Below are positions 42,985 to 51,565 of a DNA stretch of 64,000 nt, in pieces. Position numbers and translations under genes: made by a program. Under the pieces are notes generated by a model, which was not told where the DNA came from, ran no database searches, and was given only the letters and a program-made list of their open reading frames with translations. Origin of the DNA: an uncultured Chloroflexia bacterium (GTDB lineage: Bacteria; Chloroflexota; Limnocylindria; Limnocylindrales; CSP1-4); contig CAWEYL010000001.1 in assembly GCA_963813335.1 (NCBI GenBank), positions 1,202,281 through 1,266,280 on the forward strand, in the 5' to 3' direction. Every line of letters begins with the position of its first letter. Within the stretch, counting starts at the first letter, position 1.

Positions 42985-43562
42985 TATCGATCGTGAACGC
43001 ACTCGTGCTCAGCATGGATGACCTCGAGGTCCTGCCGGCCACCATGGCCATGTCCACCCCTCGAAGCAACGAGATCGTCGGGGCGATCTACGACGACCAC
43101 CAGCGCGAGCTGTACTCCTTCGCGCTGCACGCGTGCCGCGATCGCGATGCGGCCGAGGACCTCGTCCAAGAGTCATTCGTCCGGCTGATGATCGAGGTCG
43201 ATGCCGGGCGGATGCCCACCAACGTCCGGGCGTGGCTCTATCGGGTCGTCGCCAACCTCGCCGTCTCGCGTGGCCGTCGGGCGACCGTGGCCAGGCGCGG
43301 GCTCCACGCGGTGGCAGAACACGAGGAGGACCAGGGCCCGGAGCCCACCTACCTCGATGGCGAACGTCGCTCGGACCTGGAGACCGTGCTCGGCGAGCTC
43401 GCTGCCGACGCCCGCACCGCCCTGCTGATGGCCGCAAGCGGTTTCAGCGGACTCGAGATCGCCGAGGCGATCGGGCGGAGTCCGAACGCCACGCGGACCC
43501 TGATGTGTCGCGCCCGGATCCAGCTCCGCGAGCGACTGATCTCGATGGAGGCGAGCGCATGA
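42966..43562 (+). CDS. ECF RNA polymerase sigma factor (start may be 42993, 43014 or later)
   Basis: DAAEDLVQESF region 2, AWLYRVVAN, region 4 GFSGLEIAEAIG..TRTLMCRAR. Confidence 0.92.
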   Translation: MARSGVLSIVNALVLSMDDLEVLPATMAMSTPRSNEIVGAIYDDHQRELYSFALHACRDRDAAEDLVQESFVRLMIEVDAGRMPTNVRAWLYRVVANLAVSRGRRATVARRGLHAVAEHEEDQGPEPTYLDGERRSDLETVLGELAADARTALLMAASGFSGLEIAEAIGRSPNATRTLMCRARIQLRERLISMEASA

Positions 43563-46500
43563 CCGATCACGCGCGAGCCCGCGAACTGGCGGCGGCGGCC
43601 TTCGACTTCGAGCTCTCGAACGAGGATCGCGCCGAGCTGCGCGAGCATCTCGCCGGCTGTGCCCAGTGCCACGTCTTCAACGAGGGCCTGGCTGCAGACG
43701 CCCGCGGCCTTGCCGCGCTTCCGCTCGAGGACGCGCCGACCGCCGTGCGATCCCGGATCGTGGACGGCGAGCCGGCCGCCACCGGCTCGGTGCCGGCCGA
43801 CAGCGCAGCCCCGGCGCCGAAGCGACCCACGCCGTTGCTGCCATTCCGCTACCGCCGTCCGGCCGCCCTCGTCGCGACCGCGGCGGTCGTCGTGGCGCTC
43901 GTCGGCGGCGTGCTCGTCTGGGGGTCGCACCCAGGCGACGGCGGGATCGCGGCAGCCAGCCCGTCAGCGAACGTCCCGACCGATTCCGGGTGGCAGACCA
44001 TCGGCCCGGGCGGGTCGCCCGGCGCTCCCGGCGCGTCCGGCGCTCCCGGCACCCCTGAAGCGACCCCAGCCACCGGCGAGTGGCACGCCGTCGCAGCCCT
44101 GGTCCCCGAGGGCTCCGACACGGCGACCGTCGAGCTCGATGGCAGCTTCCGATTGACGAGCCTCGACGGCACGCCGCCGGCCGAGCTCGCGGCTCGCGTC
44201 CGGGTCGACCCAGCGGTCGCCCTCACGGTGACACCGGAGCCCGACGGCAACGGCGTGCGCCTGACGCCAAGCGAGCCCCTCGCGGCCGGCACTGTCTATC
44301 GCTTCACGCTCGCCGGCCCCAACGGCGAGACCGCGGACTCGTGGGCCTTCCAGACGAGCGCCCCGCTCCACGTGGTTTCCACGATCCCGGAAGACCATGA
44401 GACAACGGTGGCGCCGAACACGGGCATCGAGATCACGTTCGACCAGGACGGCGTCACCGACGCCGCCTCGCACGTGACCATCTCGCCGAAGACGGCCGGC
44501 CGGTTCGAGCAGCATGGCCGCGTCCTCGCCTTCATCCCGGACGCCCTCAAGCCCGGCACCATCTACACAGTGACCGTCGCCCGCGGCATCACCGCCGGGT
44601 CCGGCGGGAAGCCGATGGCGGACGACCTCCAATTCCAGTTCGAGACCGACAAGAGCGGATCGGGCGTGACGGGCACCACCTTCGAATTCGCGGACCCCCT
44701 GTTCGAATCGGGCACGAGCAGCCGACCGATCATCTCGATGTGGTCGAGCTCCGACGAGGACACGGCGCCACCCAAGTCGGCCCAGCTGGACATCTATCGT
44801 CTCGGATCGCTCGATGCCGCGATCGCCGGCTACCGCCAGCTCGTGGCGTTCCCCGCATGGGCCAACTGGTCCAACGAGCACCCGATCGACACCGGCCCGC
44901 TGACGAAGGTCTTGTCGCTCGATGCGCGGTTCGCCGACCGTCCGAAGGACTCCGGCGGCCTTCTGTGGACCGCCCTGCCGGAGCCACTGCCGGCGGGCTG
45001 GTACGTCGTCGAGCATCCGTCGGCGCGATATCCGATCCAGGCCATCCTCCAGGTGACCGACATCGCCTCGTACCTGCTGGTCACCGACACGAAGACCCTC
45101 CTCTGGACGAACGACCTCGCCACGGGCGGCCCGCTCGTCGCGGCGACGGCCGCGGTGGCCGGCCCTGGCACCGATCTCGGGCCGACCGACGCCGATGGCG
45201 TCCTGACGGTCGCGACCCCGGCGAGCCTGCAGCCGCCTGCCGAGGGTCGGACCTGCGGACTGGACTGCGTCCAGGTCATCAGCGTGACCAAGGGCGGCCG
45301 ATCTGCCTTCGTCCCCGCGTCCAACCCGAGCCCCGAAGGGAAGGGTGGATATGACGGCGGGTCCGGAAACCACTGGCTGACGTTCGCGACCGACCGGAGC
45401 ATCTACCGACGCACGGACACGGTGAACCTGTGGGGGATGATCCGCGACCGGAGCACCGGCAATGTGCCGGCCAAGGTCGTGGTCCGCCTCCAGGCCATGG
45501 ACGAGGAGTTCATCGCGAGCGGGGCACCGATCTCGACGCTCAGCCTGGAACCCGGGTCGACCGGCACGTTCAGTGGATCCATCGCGCTCGCCGACGTGCC
45601 GGAGGGCTGGTACGAGTTGGAGCTGGTCGTCGGGACGGACGTCGTCCGCCGGGCCGATTTCCAGGTCAGCCGGATCCTCAAGCCGGCCTACCGACTCGAG
45701 GTCGACACCGGCCATCGAGCTTACGTGGTCGGCGAACGCATCAAGGCCACCATCACGGCCTCGTTCTTCGAGGGCTCGCCCGTGCCCGGCGTCCCGCTCC
45801 GCGTCTCGCAGGGAGGCGACCGGTCGGTGACGACCGACAAGACCGGCACAGCGATCGTCCGGACGACAGCCCGACTCCAAGAGCCGTCGAATCGGAGCGA
45901 TCGCGAGGTGCAATCCGTGTCCGTCGCTCCGCGCCGGGCGGAGGAAGGGCAGATCCAGGGCGCGTCGCGCGAGTTCCTGGTGTTCCCCGGCAGCCGAACG
46001 ATCACGGCGGAGTCGAGGATCGCCACCGGCCGTGTCCGCGTCGCCGGCACCATCAACACCCTGGATCGCGCTGGACTCGAGCGGGATCTGGCAGCAGGCG
46101 TGTCACCCTGGGAGGTCGATCCACGCGGCGCTCCCGTGGCCGGGGCCACGGTGACTGCCAGGTTCATCGAGCTCATCCCGGTCAAGAAGCGCATCGGCAC
46201 CGACTACGACTTCATCGAGAAGCGGACCGTCCCGGTCTACGAGTACTCGACGCGGCAGCGCGCTGCCGGATCCGTCCGGGTCCGCACGGATGCGAAGGGC
46301 CGGTTCTCGGCATCGGTGCCGGCCGGCAGCGGTCACCACGACTACAGCGTGATCCTCAGTGTCGCCGACCCCGACGGCCACGTGACCGAGCAGGAAACCT
46401 ATGCCAGCGACGTCGCGGCGCCCGCCTACGACCAATCCCGGGAGCCGATGCTGGTCTCGACTGGCGTCGAGCCGACGGGCGGTTACAGCGTCGGCACCCC

Positions 46501-48901
46501 GGTCGACCTCACGCTGCGGGATCCGGCGCACCCGGCCGACAAGACGAGCCGGTACCTCTTCCACCTGACCCAGCTCGGGCTCCGCGACGTGGTCGTCCAG
46601 CGGTCCCCCCGCTACGTCGGCGCATTCGAGTCCTGGGCGGTCCCGAACATGCTCGTCACGGGCGTCCGGTTCACCGGCTCGGCCTACACCTCGGCCACGT
46701 ACTCGGCGTCGTTCCGGACCCAGGATCGCCGCATCGATGTCCAGCTGAGCACGGACAAGGCGCGTTACAGCCCGCGCGACCAGGTGACGGTCACCGTGCG
46801 CACGACGAACGCGGTCGGAAAGCCGATCGCCGCGGCCGTCGTCCTCCGGGCGATCGACGAGAAGCTGTTCGTCCTGGGAGGCGCCCAGCTCGACGAACCG
46901 CTGATCGATATCTACACCTCCCTCGACTCGGGGATCATCGCCAGCTACACGTCGCATCGCGGGCCGCCGCTTGATGAATACGGAGGTGGGGACACCACCG
47001 GCGGCGGCGGTGGGGACGACTTCCGGGACCAGTTCCGCGACAGCCTGCTGTTCAGGACGGTCGTCACCGGCGCGGATGGCCGAGCCTCGGCATCGTTCCG
47101 CCTCTCGGACGACCTGACGTCCTGGCGGATCCTCGGATCGGCCTTCAGCGCCGACGTCAAGGCCGGGACCGGGTCGACCGAGGTCGCCGTCGGGCTGCCC
47201 TTCTTCGTCGATGCCACGATCGCGCCTGAGTATCTCGTCACCGACCGCCCCACGATCATCGCCCGCGCATTCGGGACCGCGCTCACGCCGGCGGCCAAGG
47301 TGAAGATCTCCGTGATCTCGCAGAGCCTTGGGCTCAAGGGCGCTCCGGTCACGGCGTCCGCCTTCAGCGATGTCCCGATCCGGCTGCCCGCACTGACCCT
47401 CGGCCAGCACTCCGTGACGATCGTCGCGACGTATGGGAGTGGTGCGTCCGCCCGCACGGACCGGCTGGTCCGCACCTTCACGGTCGTGCGGTCGCGCCTG
47501 GCCACGACCAGGACGTCCTACGTCGACCTGACCGGCACGGTCCGCCCCGATGGCGGCACTGGGCTGACGAGGGTGGTCGTCTCCGACAGCTCCGCGGGTC
47601 GATACCTGCCGCTCGTGACCGACCTGGCGGCCGGAGACGGCGTCCGCCTCGAGCGCGCATTGGCCGCCGCCGCGGCGAGGGGCCTGCTGACCGACCGGTT
47701 CGGCGAGTCCGAGGGGGAGATCCCCGCGGGCAACTTCGACGGCACCCGCTACCAGCAGGAGGACGGCGGCATCTCGCTCGTCCCGGCAGGCGGCAGCGAC
47801 CTCCAGGTCTCGGCGCTCGCGGCCCTCACGGGCCCCGAAGAGTTCTCCAAGGATTCCCTCCGGCAGTACTTCTCCGATATCCGTTCCAACCAGGCATCGA
47901 CCCGTGAACGCGTCATCTACGCGCTGGCCGGGCTGGCGGGCCTCCACGCCACGGTCCTGCCCGAGATCCAGGCGGCGGCAGCCGACGACGGCCTGACGAT
48001 CCGTGAACGGCTGATGCTCGGCCTGGGTGCGGCCGCCCTGGGCGACGCGAAGACGGCCCGGACCATCGCCGACTCGCTGATCACCGGCTACGGCGAGCAG
48101 CAGGCGGGATGGGCCCGGCTGCGGGTCGGCACGACCGTCGCCGACGGCGTCGAGGGCACAGCGATGATGGCGATCCTGGCCGCGGCCACGGGCGAGCCCC
48201 TCGCGCCGGCGTTCTGGGCCTATGTCGAGGCGAACCCCATGCCCGACCTGGTGGTCGACCTCCATGCCATCGGGTACGTCGAACGACTCCTCGAACGCCT
48301 GCCGCCGCGCGCCGCCAGCTTCGCCTACACGGTCGGCGGGACGCGCACGGTCGTCGATCTCAAGCCGGGCGAGACGTTCTCGATGGTCGTCACCGCAACC
48401 CAGCTCAAGTCGCTCGCCATCGAGCGACTGACCGGGTCGATCGGCGTGGCGACGGACTGGCGCGAGCCGGTCAAGGCTTCCACCATCGAGCGCGACCCGG
48501 ACATCACCGTCACGCGCTCGGTGCGCCCGAGCGGCACCGTCGGGTCCGGCGACCTCGTCACCGTGGACCTCAAGGTCAAGTTCGGGAAGCAGGCCCCGAT
48601 GGGCTGCCACCTAGTCACCGAGCTCGTGCCGTCTGGGCTGGTCGCGGTCGGCGACACCGAGAGCGTCGCGTACGAGAACGGCGAGGAGCTGCCGGCAGGC
48701 ATCACGATCCCGTTCGACCAGACGGGACAGCGCGTGTCGTTCTGCGCCGACAACCAGACCAACGACCACGTCGCCGCCCTGCGCTACGTGGCCCGGGTCA
48801 TCACGCCAGGGACCTACACGTGGGAGCCGGCGGTCGTCGAGTCGCGGACGAGTGCCAACCACGCCGCGCTGACCGGCTCGGGCACCGTCACGATCCGCTG
48901 A
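43559..48901 (+). CDS. zinc anti-sigma (zf-HC2) - TM - Ig-like - bacterial alpha-2-macroglobulin fusion, 1780 aa
   Basis: HLAGCAQC; TM helix; Ig-like VVSTIP..IEITF; TDRSIYRRTDTV, TDKARYSPRDQV, RDQFRDSLLF..LSDDLTSWR, RYVARVITPGTYTWEPA MG/A2M motifs; ATGA overlap with sigma. Confidence 0.85.
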   Translation: MTDHARARELAAAAFDFELSNEDRAELREHLAGCAQCHVFNEGLAADARGLAALPLEDAPTAVRSRIVDGEPAATGSVPADSAAPAPKRPTPLLPFRYRRPAALVATAAVVVALVGGVLVWGSHPGDGGIAAASPSANVPTDSGWQTIGPGGSPGAPGASGAPGTPEATPATGEWHAVAALVPEGSDTATVELDGSFRLTSLDGTPPAELAARVRVDPAVALTVTPEPDGNGVRLTPSEPLAAGTVYRFTLAGPNGETADSWAFQTSAPLHVVSTIPEDHETTVAPNTGIEITFDQDGVTDAASHVTISPKTAGRFEQHGRVLAFIPDALKPGTIYTVTVARGITAGSGGKPMADDLQFQFETDKSGSGVTGTTFEFADPLFESGTSSRPIISMWSSSDEDTAPPKSAQLDIYRLGSLDAAIAGYRQLVAFPAWANWSNEHPIDTGPLTKVLSLDARFADRPKDSGGLLWTALPEPLPAGWYVVEHPSARYPIQAILQVTDIASYLLVTDTKTLLWTNDLATGGPLVAATAAVAGPGTDLGPTDADGVLTVATPASLQPPAEGRTCGLDCVQVISVTKGGRSAFVPASNPSPEGKGGYDGGSGNHWLTFATDRSIYRRTDTVNLWGMIRDRSTGNVPAKVVVRLQAMDEEFIASGAPISTLSLEPGSTGTFSGSIALADVPEGWYELELVVGTDVVRRADFQVSRILKPAYRLEVDTGHRAYVVGERIKATITASFFEGSPVPGVPLRVSQGGDRSVTTDKTGTAIVRTTARLQEPSNRSDREVQSVSVAPRRAEEGQIQGASREFLVFPGSRTITAESRIATGRVRVAGTINTLDRAGLERDLAAGVSPWEVDPRGAPVAGATVTARFIELIPVKKRIGTDYDFIEKRTVPVYEYSTRQRAAGSVRVRTDAKGRFSASVPAGSGHHDYSVILSVADPDGHVTEQETYASDVAAPAYDQSREPMLVSTGVEPTGGYSVGTPVDLTLRDPAHPADKTSRYLFHLTQLGLRDVVVQRSPRYVGAFESWAVPNMLVTGVRFTGSAYTSATYSASFRTQDRRIDVQLSTDKARYSPRDQVTVTVRTTNAVGKPIAAAVVLRAIDEKLFVLGGAQLDEPLIDIYTSLDSGIIASYTSHRGPPLDEYGGGDTTGGGGGDDFRDQFRDSLLFRTVVTGADGRASASFRLSDDLTSWRILGSAFSADVKAGTGSTEVAVGLPFFVDATIAPEYLVTDRPTIIARAFGTALTPAAKVKISVISQSLGLKGAPVTASAFSDVPIRLPALTLGQHSVTIVATYGSGASARTDRLVRTFTVVRSRLATTRTSYVDLTGTVRPDGGTGLTRVVVSDSSAGRYLPLVTDLAAGDGVRLERALAAAAARGLLTDRFGESEGEIPAGNFDGTRYQQEDGGISLVPAGGSDLQVSALAALTGPEEFSKDSLRQYFSDIRSNQASTRERVIYALAGLAGLHATVLPEIQAAAADDGLTIRERLMLGLGAAALGDAKTARTIADSLITGYGEQQAGWARLRVGTTVADGVEGTAMMAILAAATGEPLAPAFWAYVEANPMPDLVVDLHAIGYVERLLERLPPRAASFAYTVGGTRTVVDLKPGETFSMVVTATQLKSLAIERLTGSIGVATDWREPVKASTIERDPDITVTRSVRPSGTVGSGDLVTVDLKVKFGKQAPMGCHLVTELVPSGLVAVGDTESVAYENGEELPAGITIPFDQTGQRVSFCADNQTNDHVAALRYVARVITPGTYTWEPAVVESRTSANHAALTGSGTVTIR

Positions 48902-48913
48902 TCCCTGCCGGGC

Positions 48914-49750
48914 CTAACCCTCGGCGGGCGGCGTCGGGGTCGGGGTCGGAGTGGGCGTCGGAGTGGGCGTGGGGGTCGGGGTAGGTGTCGGCGTCGGGGC
49001 CGGCCATTCCTGCTGGCGCCACAGGTACTCGCGCAGCGTGAGCCCGCTGGCGCGGACCTTCGCGGCGACGTCCCGCCCGACGTAGCGGTAGTGCCACGGC
49101 TCGTACATGTAGCACGTGCGGGTCGTCTTGCCCTTCGGGTAGCTCATGACGAAGCCGTACTTCCAGGCGTTCGCGGCGAGCCACTTGCCCTGCTTGCTGA
49201 GCCCCCAGTCGGTCCAATCCCATGGGATCGAGCCGCCGTAGGCGCGGAAGTCGATCGACGTGCCCATCTGGTGCTCGCTGTGCCCCGCCCGGGCGCTCTC
49301 CTTGAGCGCGTATGCGTAGCCATGGACGCGCACCCAGTAGGCGAACGTCGACTTCTGGGTGGTGTAGCTGCGGTACCCCGACTGCACGACGAGACGCGCA
49401 CCGGCCGCCCGTGCCGCCGACGCCAGTGCGGCGAGGTCGGCGATGACGAAGCCCCGGACGTACTGGCCGCTGTTGAGGCCGGCCGTCGAGGTGTTCCTGA
49501 GGTCGGTCGGGCTGTAGCCCGAACCCAGCCGGAGCGCGGAGTCGAGGACCGTCCGCTGCCACTGCCCCAGCGAGCGCTGCTTGGTGAGCGTGTCGGCGAC
49601 CTTGCAGGTGGGCAGCGCCGGGGCCGCCGCGGCGCTGGCGGCGAACCCGGTCGCGAGCGCGACGACGATCGCGAGGGCGAACAGCGACGCAGCCGACGAG
49701 CGGCCATGGGAGCGGGCACGAGGCCCGGCGATGGTCGGGCGGAACGGCAT
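48914..49750 (-). CDS. M15B (VanY-like) D,D-carboxypeptidase
   Basis: SGYRSY..Q, SARAGHSEHQMG..D, YEPWHYRYVG; C-terminal PT repeat. Confidence 0.92.
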   Translation of the reverse strand: MPFRPTIAGPRARSHGRSSAASLFALAIVVALATGFAASAAAAPALPTCKVADTLTKQRSLGQWQRTVLDSALRLGSGYSPTDLRNTSTAGLNSGQYVRGFVIADLAALASAARAAGARLVVQSGYRSYTTQKSTFAYWVRVHGYAYALKESARAGHSEHQMGTSIDFRAYGGSIPWDWTDWGLSKQGKWLAANAWKYGFVMSYPKGKTTRTCYMYEPWHYRYVGRDVAAKVRASGLTLREYLWRQQEWPAPTPTPTPTPTPTPTPTPTPTPTPPAEG

Positions 49751-49835
49751 GACAGCGGGAAGCGTACGACGGGGCGCCCGCCATCGGCCACTCCCCCGAA
49801 CGTACCGGCGGCCGCTGGGCCGCCGCGGCGGGCGT

Positions 49836-51416
49836 CTAGGGCGCGACGCTCGGGGTCGGGTCCGCCGGCAGCGACGGCGTGGGGGTCGGCTTCGTCGTGG
49901 GCTTCGTCGTGGGCTTGGCCGTGGGCTTCGCGGTCGGCCTGGCCGTCGGCCTCGCGCCGCAGCCGCTCACGCCGCTGCCGCCGGTGGTCTTCGCCGCTCC
50001 CTTCGGGACCGCGTAGGTCTTCTTGGGCAGCGAGCCGTCGGTCGGGAAGAGATCCGCGGCGAGCGCCCGGATCGCCTTGAGGTTCGGGATCAGGATCGAG
50101 CCGCGAGGATCGTTCCTGCCCGACGACACCAGCGGATGGCCGATCACCGCCCGGTACGTCCCGTCGCGGCCGATCTTGACGGCCGCGTCGGCCAGGTCGG
50201 GCAGCAGCTTGCGGGGGACGTTGGTCGTGACGGTCTGGCCGACCGCCTTGAGCAGGCCGATCGGGTCGTTGATGAAGCCGCCCTTGACCACCCGGTCGCG
50301 GATGCCCGAGAGGACCTCCTGCTGGCGGGCGGCCCGCGTGAAGTCGCTCTCGCCGGCGGCCTTGCGGACGCGTGCATAGGCGAGCGCCTGGTTCCCCGTG
50401 AGATGGTGCTTGCCGGCGGTGATCGAGAACCCGTGCGTGAACCCGTACTCGTCGTAGCGCGGGTCGCAGAAGGCGTGGGCGACGTTCACGTCCACCCCGC
50501 CGAGGGTATTGACGACCTGGACGAAGCCACCGAGGGTGACCGCCGCGTAGTAGTCGATCTTGACCCCGAGCAGCTTGCCGAGCGCGCCCATCAGCACGTC
50601 GAACCCGGTCCCGTCGTTGTTCGGGAACTGCTTCGGGTGGTTTCGGACGTACGAGACGAGCCCGTTGATCTTGCCGCGGAACGTGCGCCCATCGGCGAGC
50701 GGCACATCCACCATGTCGCGCGGCACGGACACCATCGACACGGTATCGGTCGCCGGGTCCATCGAGACGACGATCATCGTGTCGGTCCCGTACGTGTTGC
50801 GCCCGACCCCGGCGTCGACGCCGACGATGACGCCGGTGATCCGCGGGTCCAGCGGGACCGGTGTGGGCGAGGGCGACGCGCTCGGCGAGCCAGATGGGGA
50901 CGGCGCGGCGGGGATGAGATTGCTGGGATCGGGCTCCGGCTGCTGCGACGGCAGGATGGCCGTCGGCGATGGTTCGACGAACACCTCGTCCGCCGTCTCG
51001 CGGGCGACCTCGGTCGCGTACCCCGCGTAGGCCTGCGGAGCGATGATCAGGAACAGGAGCAGGAAGATCGGCAGGATGTCGCCCCGCCCGAGTCGCGGCA
51101 GCCCGCGTGCCATCAGGCTCGACCCGACCGCCAGCAGCCGCCACACGAGCAGGACGCCCTGGAAGGCCAGCAGGCCCCAGATGACCTCCGATTCGAGGAG
51201 GGTCGCGACCAGCCGCGGGCCAGACGTCGTCAGGACGATGAAGACCGCGGCGACGACGGCGAGCAGCGTCGGGGCCAGGAAGATGGCGCCGAGCAGCCGC
51301 CGGCCGGCCACCAGGTGGCCGAGGCCGGGGACGATGGCGTCGAGGATGGCGGGGACGTAGCGCGAGCGTCGGCCCGGCGTGGCGGACGTGACGGTGTCCG
51401 CGGCGTCGTCTGTCAC
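49836..51416 (-). CDS. LCP (LytR-CpsA-Psr) family cell-wall polymer ligase
   Basis: N-terminal TM helices, TDTMIV, SVPRD, KING, ALAYARVR..DFTRAARQQ. Confidence 0.92.
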   Translation of the reverse strand: MTDDAADTVTSATPGRRSRYVPAILDAIVPGLGHLVAGRRLLGAIFLAPTLLAVVAAVFIVLTTSGPRLVATLLESEVIWGLLAFQGVLLVWRLLAVGSSLMARGLPRLGRGDILPIFLLLFLIIAPQAYAGYATEVARETADEVFVEPSPTAILPSQQPEPDPSNLIPAAPSPSGSPSASPSPTPVPLDPRITGVIVGVDAGVGRNTYGTDTMIVVSMDPATDTVSMVSVPRDMVDVPLADGRTFRGKINGLVSYVRNHPKQFPNNDGTGFDVLMGALGKLLGVKIDYYAAVTLGGFVQVVNTLGGVDVNVAHAFCDPRYDEYGFTHGFSITAGKHHLTGNQALAYARVRKAAGESDFTRAARQQEVLSGIRDRVVKGGFINDPIGLLKAVGQTVTTNVPRKLLPDLADAAVKIGRDGTYRAVIGHPLVSSGRNDPRGSILIPNLKAIRALAADLFPTDGSLPKKTYAVPKGAAKTTGGSGVSGCGARPTARPTAKPTAKPTTKPTTKPTPTPSLPADPTPSVAP

Positions 51417-51565
51417 GGGCGCAGGGTAGCAGCGTTCGCCGCGATGGGCTCCGGTCCCACTCGCGGGTAGTACGGTCGGGTGACGGTCGACGGCCATCCG
51501 GTGGCGTACTGTCAGGTCCTCGGGGGCAGTACTTAGAGAGGCGATGCATCGCCGCCGAGGGGAGA

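Noticed and set aside
43133-43558. N-terminal extension of the 1922-aa ORF
   Set aside because: It overlaps the sigma gene out of frame. The true start is the ATG at 43559 (GGAGG upstream, ATGA coupling).
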